Assembly (NCBI GenBank): GCA_021779835.1 | Contig: JAJXZX010000011.1 | Span: 48,046 to 112,045, forward strand | Origin: Pseudomonadota bacterium | Lineage (GTDB): Bacteria > Pseudomonadota > Alphaproteobacteria > Rhodobacterales > Rhodobacteraceae | Direction: 5' to 3' | Length of the DNA: 64,000 bases | In this document: positions 53,277-62,897 of the stretch, piece by piece | Position numbering within the stretch: the stretch's first letter is position 1 | Layout: every line of letters begins with the position of its first letter | The notes under the pieces: model-generated | What the model was told of the DNA's origin: nothing | Database searches by the model: none | What the model saw: only the letters and a program-made list of their open reading frames with translations | Translations under genes and position numbers: made by a program

Positions 53277-53816
53277 ATGAGAGCAGCGCGCGGCAGTATC
53301 GGAATCGCTTTTGTGGCGGTGCTGGCGGTTGCTGGCTGTGGCTCTGACAAGACGCCAAAGCTGATGAATTTGCAGACCAATGCCCATAGTCCGGACGAGT
53401 TCTCGATTCTTCCGACCAAGCCGTTGCAGATGCCAAAGGACATGGCGGCGCTGCCGCCTCCCGCGCCGGATGGCAGCAATCTGGCCGATCCGACGCCGGT
53501 CGCTGATGCGGTGACGGCGCTGGGGGGCAAGGCCTCGGCGTTGCAGTTGCAGGGCGGGATTCCGGCGGCAGATGGTGCGTTAGTCGCGGCGACCGATCGC
53601 TATGGGGTGACGGCGGGCATTCGGGCGCAGCTTGCGGCTGAAGATCTGCGCTGGCGCAAGCGTCATCCGGGCAAGGTATTGCCACGTCTGTTCGGGGCGA
53701 ATCTTTATTACGATGCCTATACGCCGATGACGCTGGATGCCTATGCCGAACTGGCGCGCTGGCGGGCGGTCGGGGCGGCGACGCCAAGTGCGCCACCGAA
53801 GCCGGTGAAGAAGTAA
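53277..53816 (+). CDS. DUF3035 lipoprotein
   Basis: Lipobox LAVAGCGS followed by a conserved DUF3035-like sequence (PDEFSILPTKPLQMP). Confidence 0.65.
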   Translation: MRAARGSIGIAFVAVLAVAGCGSDKTPKLMNLQTNAHSPDEFSILPTKPLQMPKDMAALPPPAPDGSNLADPTPVADAVTALGGKASALQLQGGIPAADGALVAATDRYGVTAGIRAQLAAEDLRWRKRHPGKVLPRLFGANLYYDAYTPMTLDAYAELARWRAVGAATPSAPPKPVKK

Positions 53817-53918
53817 CCAAAGCCTGCAAACCAAAGTCTGCAAGTATTGTGGCCGAATCTGTCGGCGCGTGCTAATTCTTGTGGTATGAATATCGAGACC
53901 CCCAACATAGGCCGGGAA

Positions 53919-55715
53919 ATGCCGGTTATTCGCCAGCTTGACGAGGCTGCGGTCAATAGGATCGCGGCAGGCGAGGTGGTGGAGCGGCCTGCCTCTGCGG
54001 TGAAAGAGCTGGTGGAGAACGCGCTGGACGCTGGTGCGCGGCGCGTGGTGGTGGATTACGCCGACGGCGGCAAGACGCTGATCCGGGTGACCGACGATGG
54101 CTGTGGCATGACGGCGGCGGACCTGCCGCTTGCATTGGCGCGCCATGCGACGTCGAAGATCGACGGATCGGATTTGCTGAACATTCATTCGTTTGGCTTT
54201 CGCGGCGAGGCATTGCCCTCGCTGGGCGCGGTGGGGCGGTTGACGATCACCTCGCGCGTGGCGGGGGGTGAGGCGGCGATGATCGCGGTTGCGGGCGGCC
54301 GGATGGAGCCGGTGCGGCCGGCGGCACTGTCGCGCGGCACGGTGGTGGAGTTGCGCGATCTGTTTTACGCGACGCCGGCGCGGCTGAAATTCCTGCGCAC
54401 CGACCGGGCCGAGGCGCAGGCGATTGGCGAGGTGCTGCGGCGGCTGGCGATGGCGGAGCCGTTCGTCAGCTTTCGGCTGAACGACGTGTCGGGTGGCGGC
54501 GAGGGGCGGGTGATGTTCCGCGCCGATGCGCAGACCGGCGACCTGTTCGATGCGCTGCATGGGCGGCTTGCGGGAGTGATTGGCGCCGAGTTTGCCGAGA
54601 ACGCGCTGCGCATTGAACTGGAACGCGAGGGGCTGCACCTGACTGGATATGCGGCGCTGCCAACTTATTCGCGCGGGTCGTCCGTGGCACAATTTCTGTT
54701 TGTGAACGGTCGCCCGGTGATGGACCGGATGCTCTATGGTGCGCTGCGGGCGGCATACTTTGACTTCCTGAGCCGCGACCGTCATCCGGCGGCAGTGTTG
54801 TATCTGACTTGCGATCCGCAGCTGGTTGATGTGAACGTTCATCCGGCTAAATCCGAGGTGCGGTTCCGCGACCCGGCGATGGCGCGCGGATTGATCGTTT
54901 CGGGGCTGCGGCAGGCGCTGGAAGGGGCCGGGCATCGCGCCTCTACCACAGTGGCGGATGCGACGATTGGGGCGATGCGGCCCGAATTTGCAGCACCGCG
55001 AGTGTATCAAATGGACCGCCCCTCGCTGGGAGCGCGGCAGGCGGCGTATCAGTTTCAGGCACCCTTGAGCGTCGCGCCGGGGTTTGCCGAGGCGCCCTCG
55101 GCGCGGGTCGAGCCGGTGGCGGTAGAGGCCGAAGTGCTGCCCCTTGGCGCGGCACGGGCGCAGGTGCATGAGAATTACATCATCGCGCAGACCACCACTG
55201 GGATCGTGATCGTCGATCAGCACGCGGCGCATGAACGGCTGGTGTACGAGCGGCTGAAGGCCCAAATGGCGGAAAAGGGGATTGCGGCACAGGCGCTGTT
55301 GATCCCTGAGATTGTCGAGCTTTCGCAAGGGGATGCAGCGCGGTTGATGGATATGGCCGAGGATCTGGCGCGCGCCGGGCTGGTGGTGGAACCGTTTGGT
55401 GGCGGCGCTATCGCGGTGCGCGAGACGCCTGCGATATTGGGCGTGGTCGATGCCAAAGGCATGATCCACGATATTCTTGATGAACTTGCGGACCTCGGCG
55501 ACAGCCAAAGCGTGCAGGTGCGGATTGAGGCGGTGCTAAGCCGGATGGCCTGCCACGGTTCCATCCGCTCTGGCCGACAAATGCGGGCGGAAGAGATGAA
55601 CGCGTTGCTGCGGGAGATGGAAGCGACGCCGCATTCGGGGCAGTGTAACCACGGACGGCCTACCTATGTCGAACTGCGGTTGGCCGATATTGAACGATTG
55701 TTCGGTAGAACATGA
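53919..55715 (+). CDS. mutL: DNA mismatch repair protein MutL
   Basis: N-terminal GHKL ATPase ([40 protein letters not shown]) and the C-terminal endonuclease motif region. The start is taken at MPVIRQLD. Confidence 0.95.
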   Translation: MPVIRQLDEAAVNRIAAGEVVERPASAVKELVENALDAGARRVVVDYADGGKTLIRVTDDGCGMTAADLPLALARHATSKIDGSDLLNIHSFGFRGEALPSLGAVGRLTITSRVAGGEAAMIAVAGGRMEPVRPAALSRGTVVELRDLFYATPARLKFLRTDRAEAQAIGEVLRRLAMAEPFVSFRLNDVSGGGEGRVMFRADAQTGDLFDALHGRLAGVIGAEFAENALRIELEREGLHLTGYAALPTYSRGSSVAQFLFVNGRPVMDRMLYGALRAAYFDFLSRDRHPAAVLYLTCDPQLVDVNVHPAKSEVRFRDPAMARGLIVSGLRQALEGAGHRASTTVADATIGAMRPEFAAPRVYQMDRPSLGARQAAYQFQAPLSVAPGFAEAPSARVEPVAVEAEVLPLGAARAQVHENYIIAQTTTGIVIVDQHAAHERLVYERLKAQMAEKGIAAQALLIPEIVELSQGDAARLMDMAEDLARAGLVVEPFGGGAIAVRETPAILGVVDAKGMIHDILDELADLGDSQSVQVRIEAVLSRMACHGSIRSGRQMRAEEMNALLREMEATPHSGQCNHGRPTYVELRLADIERLFGRT

Positions 55716-56872
55716 TCCAGATTGGCGGACAGATGTATTCGATCAGCGACCCGCTGGTGATCGCGGCGCTTGGCGGGGCAGTGCTGCTTTTGATGTTGGT
55801 GCTGATCCTGCGCGCGACTGGGCGTTCGGCCCGCAGCGTGGAACCGATTGCGTATCATATGAACCTGCTTGCGCACCGGGTTGAGGCGCTGTCTGACGGG
55901 CAGCAGCAACTGGCCGGGGGCCTGCATCATGTATCCGAAGCGCAGGCCGTTAGCCAAAGCGCAATGCTGAAGGTAATGGAACAGCGGTTAGCCGAGGTCA
56001 GCCAGAAGATGGGTGAAAACCTTCAGGGCACCGCGATGCGGACGGCGCGATCCTTGGGCGAGTTGCAGCAGCGGCTGGAGACGATCGACAAGGCGCAGGC
56101 GAATATCGAGAAACTGTCGGGCAATGTGTTGAGCCTGCAAGATATCTTGTCGAACAAGCAGACGCGCGGCGCGTTTGGCGAGATCCAATTGCATGACATC
56201 GTGCAAAAGGCGCTGCCGTCGGATGCCTATACGATGCAGGCGACGCTATCGAACGGGAAGCGGGCGGATTGCCTGATCCATCTGCCGAACCCGCCAGGAC
56301 CAATCGTGATCGATTCGAAGTTTCCGCTGGAGGCGTATGAGGCGCTTCGGCGGGCGGAGACGCCGTTGCAGGTGACCGAGGCGCAGCGGTTGATGCGGGC
56401 GGCGGTCAGGGCGCATATCAAGGCGATTTCCGAAAAATATATCCTTGAGGGCGAAACGGCCGATGGGGCGATCATGTTCCTGCCGTCCGAAGCGGTCTAT
56501 GCCGAGTTGCACGCGAACTTCCCCGAGGTGGTGCGGGACGGGTTCGCGGCCAAGGTATGGATCGTGTCGCCCACCACCTGCATGGCGACGCTGCACACGA
56601 TGCGGGCGATTCTGAAGGACGCGCGGATGCGGGAGCAGGCCGGCGCGATCCGCGCGACTTTGCGGCTGTTGCATCGGGATGTGGAACTGGTGGTGGAGCG
56701 GGTGGATAAGCTGAACACCCACTTCAATCAGGCGCGTGGCGATCTGGAGGGGCTGTCCACCGCGGCAGAGCGGGCCGGTAAGCGAGCGGCACGGCTGGAT
56801 AATTTCGATTTTGAGGAACTGGCGCCAGAGGCCGCGCCGGTCGCTGATCTGCTAACCAAGGGTGCGCTATGA
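55712..56872 (+). CDS. rmuC: DNA recombination protein RmuC
   Basis: N-terminal TM, coiled coil, and a C-terminal RmuC nuclease-like domain ([19 protein letters not shown]). Confidence 0.88.
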   Translation: MIQIGGQMYSISDPLVIAALGGAVLLLMLVLILRATGRSARSVEPIAYHMNLLAHRVEALSDGQQQLAGGLHHVSEAQAVSQSAMLKVMEQRLAEVSQKMGENLQGTAMRTARSLGELQQRLETIDKAQANIEKLSGNVLSLQDILSNKQTRGAFGEIQLHDIVQKALPSDAYTMQATLSNGKRADCLIHLPNPPGPIVIDSKFPLEAYEALRRAETPLQVTEAQRLMRAAVRAHIKAISEKYILEGETADGAIMFLPSEAVYAELHANFPEVVRDGFAAKVWIVSPTTCMATLHTMRAILKDARMREQAGAIRATLRLLHRDVELVVERVDKLNTHFNQARGDLEGLSTAAERAGKRAARLDNFDFEELAPEAAPVADLLTKGAL

Positions 56873-57411
56873 GACACCTGACCACGTCGGACTATCGCAA
56901 GATGCCTTGGGCCAACGGCCTTGGGGTGACGACTGAGATCCTGCGCGTGGCCAAGCCTGATGGCGGCGTTTTGTGGCGTCTGTCGATGGCGGCGGTGGTC
57001 GAGGACGGCGCGTTCTCGCTGTTTCCGGGGATTGAGCGGAACCTGACGGTGATCGCGGGGCCCGGGTTCGATCTGGTTGGGCCGGGGTTAAAGCTGCGGG
57101 CGGATCCGCTGGTGCCAGCGGCATTTCCCGGCGACGTGGCGATTTCTGCCGTGGGGGTCAGCGCGCCCTCCAACGATTTCAACGTGATGACGGAGCGCAG
57201 CCTGCCACGGCCCGAGGTGCGGGTGCTGCGGCAGAGCGAGGCGTTGGCGCCCGGCGGCACGCTATGCTTGTTCGCGCTGGACGCGGGGAAGGTGGAAGTT
57301 GCGGGCACGGTGGTGACAGTCGCGCGGCACGACCTGCTGGTTTGCGATGCGGGCGTGGGCGCGCGTAACACGGGGGCCGCGGCGGTTCTAGCAACCCGTC
57401 TGATTCTATAA
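56869..57411 (+). CDS. HutD/Ves family cupin protein
   Basis: 180 aa. MPWANGLGVTTEI is the DUF886 signature. Confidence 0.7.
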   Translation: MRHLTTSDYRKMPWANGLGVTTEILRVAKPDGGVLWRLSMAAVVEDGAFSLFPGIERNLTVIAGPGFDLVGPGLKLRADPLVPAAFPGDVAISAVGVSAPSNDFNVMTERSLPRPEVRVLRQSEALAPGGTLCLFALDAGKVEVAGTVVTVARHDLLVCDAGVGARNTGAAAVLATRLIL

Positions 57412-57427
57412 GCGCAGACCTGCGACA

Positions 57428-57452
57428 GGGCGTCGCAGGTTTTGCTTGGACA
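57428..57452 (+). terminator. Rho-independent terminator after the hutD-like gene
   Basis: GACCTGCGAC-agggc-GTCGCAGGTTTTGC. Confidence 0.6.
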
Positions 57453-57558
57453 TATGCCAAAATCGGGTAATCTTGATTGTAGCCATCGGGGCTGTGCGGG
57501 GACGCAATAGAATCGTCCGTTGCGTGCGCTGAGCGCTGTGTCTTGGGAGGAGGCCCGA

Positions 57559-57750
57559 ATGAAAATATGCTCGATTATGTTTGTGATTGGCTGGGGCGCT
57601 GCGGCGGCGTTCGGATTTTTGGCGATCAGCGGGGCTGGCGACGCGCCGCAGGGTTTGATGGTGATCTATGAATTGCTGGCGGCGGCGGGCTTTGCGGCGG
57701 GGATGTATTCTTGGCTGCGGATTCGGCGGGGCTGTCTGATTCTGAAGTAA
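57559..57750 (+). CDS. Small two-TM membrane protein (hypothetical)
   Basis: MKICSIMFVIGWGAAAAFGFLAISGAG...AAAGFAAGMYSWLRIRRG. It is followed by a strong terminator. No homology is recognised. Confidence 0.35.
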   Translation: MKICSIMFVIGWGAAAAFGFLAISGAGDAPQGLMVIYELLAAAGFAAGMYSWLRIRRGCLILK

Positions 57751-57771
57751 CCGGAATAGGAAAAGACCGCC

Positions 57772-57805
57772 GGGCTTGCGCACGGCGGTCTTTTTCACGT
57801 CCCGC
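57772..57805. terminator. Bidirectional rho-independent terminator between the small ORF and rpmJ
   Basis: AAAAGACCGCCGGGC-ttgcgca-CGGCGGTCTTTTT. Confidence 0.75.
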
Positions 57806-57814
57806 AGGACGATC

Positions 57815-57940
57815 TCAGCCCTGACGGGCTTTGAAACGCTTTTGGGTCTTGTTGATCACATAGACCCGACCTTTGCGGCGCACGACCTGACAGTCGCGGT
57901 GACGCAACTTCAGCGAGCGGAGCGAGTTTCTGACCTTCAT
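57815..57940 (-). CDS. rpmJ: 50S ribosomal protein L36 (bL36)
   Basis: Absent from the ORF track (41 aa). The minus-strand translation [41 protein letters not shown] matches the alphaproteobacterial non-zinc L36 type. Confidence 0.85.
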   Translation of the reverse strand: MKVRNSLRSLKLRHRDCQVVRRKGRVYVINKTQKRFKARQG

Positions 57941-58007
57941 CGGTCTTCTCCTATTCGCGGCGCGCGTGCGCCATGAAAACTACAATGCCCCCAACCGGGG
58001 GCGGCAA

Positions 58008-58082
58008 TGGTGGGCGCGACAGGGATCGAACCTGTGACCACTACGATGTCAACGTAGTGCTCTACCGCTGAGCTACGCGCCC
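58008..58082 (-). tRNA. tRNA-Val (anticodon GAC), CCA encoded
   Basis: Minus strand GGGCGCGTAGCTCAGCGGTAGAGCACTACGTTGACATCGTAGTGGTCACAGGTTCGATCCCTGTCGCGCCCACCA. It has a cloverleaf with D-loop AGCGGTA, anticodon loop TTGACAT and a T-arm GGTTCGATCC. Confidence 0.9.
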
Positions 58083-58109
58083 GACACCAATCAATCCCGC
58101 CAGCGTCCA

Positions 58110-58140
58110 ACAAAAAGGACGCGGGCAGAACCGCGTCGGT
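58110..58140 (-). terminator. Rho-independent terminator downstream of the peptidase gene
   Basis: On the minus strand GACGCGG-ttctgc-CCGCGTC is followed by CTTTTTG. Confidence 0.5.
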
Positions 58141-58209
58141 CCGCAGGTCTATAAAAGGAGTCGGTGCGGTGTTCAAGAGGCTTTGGCAACCGATTTTTCG
58201 CGGTGTGTA

Positions 58210-59070
58210 TCAGAGGTTGGTGGCGCCGAATGTATCGCAGGCATTGACTTGGCCATTCTGATAGCCCGCGTTGAACCAGCGCTGCCGTTGGGCCGAGGTG
58301 CCGTGGGTGAAACTGTCGGGCATCGGCGTGCGGCCCGCATTGCGTTGCAAGGTGTCATCACCGATTTTCGAGGCAGCATTCATCGCTTCGGCGATATCGC
58401 CGGGTTCCAGCACACCCAGTTTGTCTTGCGCGGCGCGGGCCCAGACCCCTGCGAAACAATCGGCCTGCAGCTCCAGCCGGACGGAAATCGCGTTTGCGCG
58501 CGTCTCTGACGATTGCGATCGCGCGGCATCGGCCTTGCCAAGGATGCCAAGTTCATCCTGCACATGATGGCCAACCTCATGCGCTACGACATAGGCCGAG
58601 GCGAAATCGCCCCCGGCACCCAACTGGCGGCTTAGCGTGGTGAAGAAGGCCGTGTCGAGATAGACCTTTTTGTCGCCGGGGCAGTAGAACGGGCCCGTTG
58701 CGGCGTTCGCGGTGCCGCAGGCCGAGGGCGTGGCTCCGCTGAACAGCACCATTATAGTGGGGTGATAAGTGCGCCCCAACTGGGTGGTGAAGATCGTGCC
58801 CCAGACTTTTTCCGTGTCGGCCAGCGTGACCGAGGCGAACTGCCCGGCCGCCTTTTCCTCGGGTGAAAGGGTCGTTTGCGCGGTCTGGGTGGGCTGCCCC
58901 ATCAACGAGGGATCGTTGAGCAGCGGTGTTACGTCGATGCCAAGGAAGTAGCCGATCACCACGATGGCGACGACGCCCAACCCGCCCACGCCCCCGGCGC
59001 GCGCCATGCCGCCGCCTGAAAGCCTGCGATCCTCGATGTTGTCGCTGCCTTCCTGATCCTGCCACTTCAT
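58210..59070 (-). CDS. Neutral zinc metallopeptidase (YpfJ family)
   Basis: HEVGHHVQ zinc-binding motif, a Gly-rich TM region, and the PF04228-like layout. The start is taken at MKWQDQEG. Confidence 0.8.
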   Translation of the reverse strand: MKWQDQEGSDNIEDRRLSGGGMARAGGVGGLGVVAIVVIGYFLGIDVTPLLNDPSLMGQPTQTAQTTLSPEEKAAGQFASVTLADTEKVWGTIFTTQLGRTYHPTIMVLFSGATPSACGTANAATGPFYCPGDKKVYLDTAFFTTLSRQLGAGGDFASAYVVAHEVGHHVQDELGILGKADAARSQSSETRANAISVRLELQADCFAGVWARAAQDKLGVLEPGDIAEAMNAASKIGDDTLQRNAGRTPMPDSFTHGTSAQRQRWFNAGYQNGQVNACDTFGATNL

Positions 59071-59226
59071 GTCGGGGTCCTCACTGGTCAAAATTATACG
59101 GGCCACACTTTACCCGGGCGTCTTGGTTAATCCTAACGGGAAAGTGAGGCGGTACGGAAGGCTTGGAGTTCGACGCGGTTGATGTGGGGGCGGACCGGCG
59201 CTAGCTTTGCCGGGCAAGGAGGTCCG

Positions 59227-60084
59227 ATGCCCATCTCCCCCTACGATCTTTACCCGGCCACCGCGCCACGATCCTGCGTGATCTATTCGTCGCCACACAG
59301 CGGGCGGGACTATCCCGCTGAGTTCTTGGCGAGCAGTGTGCTGGACGCGCAGGTGATACGATCGTCCGAGGATGCCTTCGTTGACTTGTTGTTTGCCGAT
59401 GCGCCGCGTTACGGGGCGCCGTTGCTGACGGCACGGGCGCCGCGCGCTTGGTTGGATCTTAACCGTGCGCGGGACGAGTTGGACCCGGCAGTGATTGAGG
59501 ATGTGCCGCGTCCGTCACTGAACCCGCGGATCAGCGCGGGGCTGGGGGTGATTCCCCGTGTGGTGTCAAACGGGCGCGCGATTTATTGCGGCAAGATCAG
59601 CCTTGCCGAGGCAGAGGCGCGCATCGCCTCGCATTGGGTTCCATATCACGCGCAGCTGCTGGCGCTGATGGCCGAGGCGACGGCGCTGCATGGCCGAGCC
59701 GTGCTGATCGACTGCCACTCGATGCCCCATGAGGCGATTGATACCTTCGCAACGGCGGGGCGAGTAAAGCCGCAGATTGTGTTGGGCGACCGCTATGGGG
59801 CGGCGGCCTCGAGCGATATCGTCGACCAAATCGAGGCCGCATTTGTGGCCGAGGGATTGCGGGTGGCGCGCAATGCGCCGTTTGCCGGGGCCTATATCAC
59901 GCAGGCCTATGGCCGCCCGTCGCGCGGGCAGCATGTAGTGCAGATCGAGATCGACCGCGCACTATACATGGACGAGGCGACGGTCGCGCCGCACTGCGGG
60001 TTCGAGGCGTTCCGCGCCGCAATCAATCGCGTGATGGCGGCGGTTGGCCGTGACCGGGATCAGGTGCCCTTGGCGGCGGAGTAA
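59227..60084 (+). CDS. N-formylglutamate amidohydrolase family protein
   Basis: YSSPHSGRDYPAEF...LIDCHSMP is an FGase-like motif. The start is taken at MPISPYD. Confidence 0.75.
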   Translation: MPISPYDLYPATAPRSCVIYSSPHSGRDYPAEFLASSVLDAQVIRSSEDAFVDLLFADAPRYGAPLLTARAPRAWLDLNRARDELDPAVIEDVPRPSLNPRISAGLGVIPRVVSNGRAIYCGKISLAEAEARIASHWVPYHAQLLALMAEATALHGRAVLIDCHSMPHEAIDTFATAGRVKPQIVLGDRYGAAASSDIVDQIEAAFVAEGLRVARNAPFAGAYITQAYGRPSRGQHVVQIEIDRALYMDEATVAPHCGFEAFRAAINRVMAAVGRDRDQVPLAAE

Positions 60085-60114
60085 TACCTCCGGTGGGGAT
60101 ATTTTGACCAAAGC
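60085..60114. repeat. Single-arm copy of the GGGGATATTTTGACCAAAGCAA intergenic repeat
   Basis: CCTCCGGTGGGGATATTTTGACCAAAGCAA is 29/30 identical to 47677-47706. It lies between the convergent hutG-like and dinB genes. Confidence 0.7.
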
Positions 60115-60121
60115 AAGGGGC

Positions 60122-61378
60122 TCAGCGTAGGGCGCGGCCTTTGACGATGGCGTCGGGGCCGAACTTCTCGCGGATTTTGTCGGTGGCGCGTTCGGCATCT
60201 GCGCGGCGGGCAGCGTTGGGGTCGAGGAGATCGGCGGTGCGGTCGGCCTTGGCGGCAGGGGTAAGGTCGGAAAGGCCGACGCCGATCAGGCGGAACGGGC
60301 CAGGTTCGGTGACTTGCGCCATAAGGTCATAGGCGGCACGGTAGAGGGTATCGGCCATTTGTGTCGGCTCTCGGAGTGCGTGGCGCCGGGTGAGCAGGGT
60401 GAAGGCGGCGCGGCGGAGTTTTAGCGTGACGGTGCGGCCCGCCAGATCGTGGGCCTTGGCACGATCGGCGACCTGTTCGGCGAGGCGCCAGATGTGACCG
60501 TCAAGTAGGTCACGGTCTGCGGTGTCCTCGTTGAATGTGGTTTCCTTGGAGATCGATTTAAGTGGCGCGTCGCGGCTGACGCGGCGGTGATCCTCGCCGC
60601 GCGCGAGGTGCCAAAGGCGGTCGCCCATCTGGCCGAAGCGGTGGCCAAGATCCTTGCGGTCCCAGCGCAGCAAGTCCTCGATGGTGCGGATGCCCGCGCT
60701 GGCGAGGGCGTCTTGGGTGGCGGCGCCGACGCCCCAGATCAGGCGGATTGGCTTGGATTTTAGGAAGGCTTGGGTTTCCGCCTTGCCGATTACCGAAAAG
60801 CCCTTGGGTTTATCGAGGTCAGACGCAATTTTCGCGAGGAATTTGTTGTGAGACAGCCCGACGGAGGCAGTAACGCCAACCTCGGACTCGATCCGCTGCG
60901 CGAGGCGGGCGAGGAGGTGCGCGGGGGGGTGACCGTGGAGGCGTGCGGTGCCGGTGAGGTCGAGGAAGGCCTCGTCGAGTGAGAGCGGTTCGATGGCGGG
61001 GGTCAGCTCCTCCATCAACGCGCGGATCTGGCGAGAGGTGGCGACGTAGGTGTCCATGCGTGGTTTTATGACGACGGCGTCGGGGCACAGTTTGAGGGCC
61101 TGAAACATCGGCATCGCGGAGCGGACGCCGCGGATGCGGGCGATGTAGCAGCAGGTGGACACGACGCCGCGGTGGCCACCGCCGACGATGAGGGGCAAGT
61201 CGCAGTATTCGGGGTGGTCGCGTTTTTCGACGCTCGCGTAGAAGGCGTCGCAGTCCAGATGGGCGATGGCGAGGGATTGAAGTTCTGGGTGCGCAACGAG
61301 GCGGGGGGACCGGCAAGCCGGGCAGCGGCTGCTCGGGCCTTCAAATTCGGTCAGGCAATCGCGACAAAGGGAGGGCAT
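60122..61378 (-). CDS. dinB: DNA polymerase IV (DinB) with N-terminal Cys4 zinc-ribbon extension
   Basis: Y-family core (LDCDAFYASVE, SLDEAFLD) preceded by MPSLCRDCLTEFEGPSSRCPACRSP (CxxC...CxxC). Confidence 0.9.
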   Translation of the reverse strand: MPSLCRDCLTEFEGPSSRCPACRSPRLVAHPELQSLAIAHLDCDAFYASVEKRDHPEYCDLPLIVGGGHRGVVSTCCYIARIRGVRSAMPMFQALKLCPDAVVIKPRMDTYVATSRQIRALMEELTPAIEPLSLDEAFLDLTGTARLHGHPPAHLLARLAQRIESEVGVTASVGLSHNKFLAKIASDLDKPKGFSVIGKAETQAFLKSKPIRLIWGVGAATQDALASAGIRTIEDLLRWDRKDLGHRFGQMGDRLWHLARGEDHRRVSRDAPLKSISKETTFNEDTADRDLLDGHIWRLAEQVADRAKAHDLAGRTVTLKLRRAAFTLLTRRHALREPTQMADTLYRAAYDLMAQVTEPGPFRLIGVGLSDLTPAAKADRTADLLDPNAARRADAERATDKIREKFGPDAIVKGRALR

Positions 61379-61572
61379 AAAGCGAGTATAGCCGCAAAAA
61401 ACTCCGCTGGGGAGGGGTGAGCGGGGATAAGAAAAGGTCCAATGGACCCTTTCCCCCGCGAACGGGCGAGCCGTGCGGGCCCCGGGATGCCAAGGACGGT
61501 GGCGTCGCGAGGGCGGGGTGCTGGTGTGCAAAGAATGCGCGACTTGCGTTGGTTAGATGACGGCGGTGGCGC

Positions 61573-62415
61573 CTATGCGGGATCGGGGATGGCAAGCAGT
61601 TTGCGCGTCGTGGGTGGCAGGTCGGCGGCGGCTATCATACCAGCTCTGCGCGCGGCGTGTTGGAGCGTCGCAAGGTCGTCCGGCAGCTTCTCATACAGGG
61701 CCTTGGCGACAGGTTCGATTTCGGCGGTGCCAAGCATCGTGCGGGCGCAAAACCCGACGAGGTAAGAGCGCTCGACGAAATTAACCAGGTCGAGAAATGT
61801 GAACGAACAGGATTTGGACCCCAGGTGGGCCGCCTGCGAGACCACGCCACGGCCGGTGCCGTAGACGACGCCCCGGTATTCACGCTCGGCCCGCGCGTTC
61901 AGGCGGACACCGAGGTCGCGGGCGACCTCTCTGGCCATGTAACCGCGCGAGAACTTGAATCCATCCTTCTCATAGATCTTGATCATCCCGGTCTGGTACA
62001 TGCCCGGCTGCACGAAAGACCCGCGCGTGAAACGGTAGTTGCCGGTCGGCATGATCGCGGTGTCGTTCGGCTGGTCGCCGATGATGAAGTAGTTGCTGAC
62101 CTCGGGATGCAGGCGCATCAGCGACTGGATCTGAGCTGGTGCCTTGGCGCGCAAGTGGTCCAGAGGCTCCAGCAGGATACGCGCGTCGGTGCCGAAGCGC
62201 ACGCAGATCCGGTGCAGCATGTCCGGGCCCGGAAAGGACACACCACTCAGAAACCGGTTGAACTGCGAGCGGTGGATTGACAGTTCTCGGCACAGGGCGG
62301 CCACGGAAGGGACCTCGGCCACCAACTGCCGCAGGTTCTCGGAAAACACGTCTCGCCGTAGGGGGCGTGGGGCGGCCCTTCCTGATACATCGCTCATGGT
62401 AGAACTCGCTGACAC
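61573..62415 (-). CDS. XRE-like HTH transcriptional regulator with uncharacterised ~200 aa C-terminal domain
   Basis: The N-terminal LRQLVAEVPSVAALCRELSIHRSQFNRFLSG is an HTH. The C-terminal domain matches no recognised family. It is divergent from a small ORF, with a palindrome in the shared promoter region. Confidence 0.6.
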   Translation of the reverse strand: MSASSTMSDVSGRAAPRPLRRDVFSENLRQLVAEVPSVAALCRELSIHRSQFNRFLSGVSFPGPDMLHRICVRFGTDARILLEPLDHLRAKAPAQIQSLMRLHPEVSNYFIIGDQPNDTAIMPTGNYRFTRGSFVQPGMYQTGMIKIYEKDGFKFSRGYMAREVARDLGVRLNARAEREYRGVVYGTGRGVVSQAAHLGSKSCSFTFLDLVNFVERSYLVGFCARTMLGTAEIEPVAKALYEKLPDDLATLQHAARRAGMIAAADLPPTTRKLLAIPDPA

Positions 62416-62431
62416 TCACACACGTTTAATG

Positions 62432-62449
62432 TGTCCTATCAATAGGACA
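62432..62449. promoter_or_regulatory. Perfect 8-2-8 palindrome TGTCCTAT-CA-ATAGGACA (candidate operator)
   Basis: It lies in the AT-rich divergent region, 17 nt upstream of the regulator start codon and about 110 nt upstream of the small ORF. Confidence 0.45.
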
Positions 62450-62557
62450 GTATGACCCAAAAGGCTACATCTTTTGCACGACTTTAACATTCCGAAGGCG
62501 GACGATTCGCTGCATAATCAACGGGCTTAGGTCGCTTTCAGGGTAAGGAGTTGTCTC

Positions 62558-62773
62558 ATGGCCAAGGTTATCAAATTTTCTCCACGGCGAGATATCAGTG
62601 AGGACGACTTGCTTGAGCATATGGCAAGCCTGCTTTCCGCGTCGCAGGCGGTAGAAGATCGCGCCTATGCTATGGCAGGGGATTTCGACCCCGGTGTCGT
62701 GGCTGAGATGATTCTGATTTCGGCCCGGCTCGAGGGCATTTCAAGGATAATTGCCAAGTCCAGCAAAGCCTAG
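62558..62773 (+). CDS. Small hypothetical protein (71 aa)
   Basis: Strong SD TAAGGAG 7 nt upstream of the ATG. MAKVIKFSPRRDISEDDLLEHMASLL.... GC is visibly lower than in neighbouring genes. Confidence 0.45.
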   Translation: MAKVIKFSPRRDISEDDLLEHMASLLSASQAVEDRAYAMAGDFDPGVVAEMILISARLEGISRIIAKSSKA

Positions 62774-62897
62774 CCCGGGGCTTGCGTCCGCTCAGGCCGT
62801 GTGGCCGCGCCCGTTCCGGGCCACATCCGAAACCACCCCAAAATCCCTGCCTTTTCAATCTGCGGCTGCTGGCGCATAGTTTGCGCACGGGCCGGGA

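Noticed and set aside
58008-58082. tRNA-Val as a genomic-island integration site
   Set aside because: No integrase, direct repeat of the tRNA 3' end, or foreign-looking genes flank it. Its neighbours are rpmJ and a conserved Zn peptidase.
62776-62830. GTGGCC...GGCCAC inverted repeat after the small ORF as a terminator
   Set aside because: The stem is only about 7 bp and there is no T-tract. It is too weak to call.
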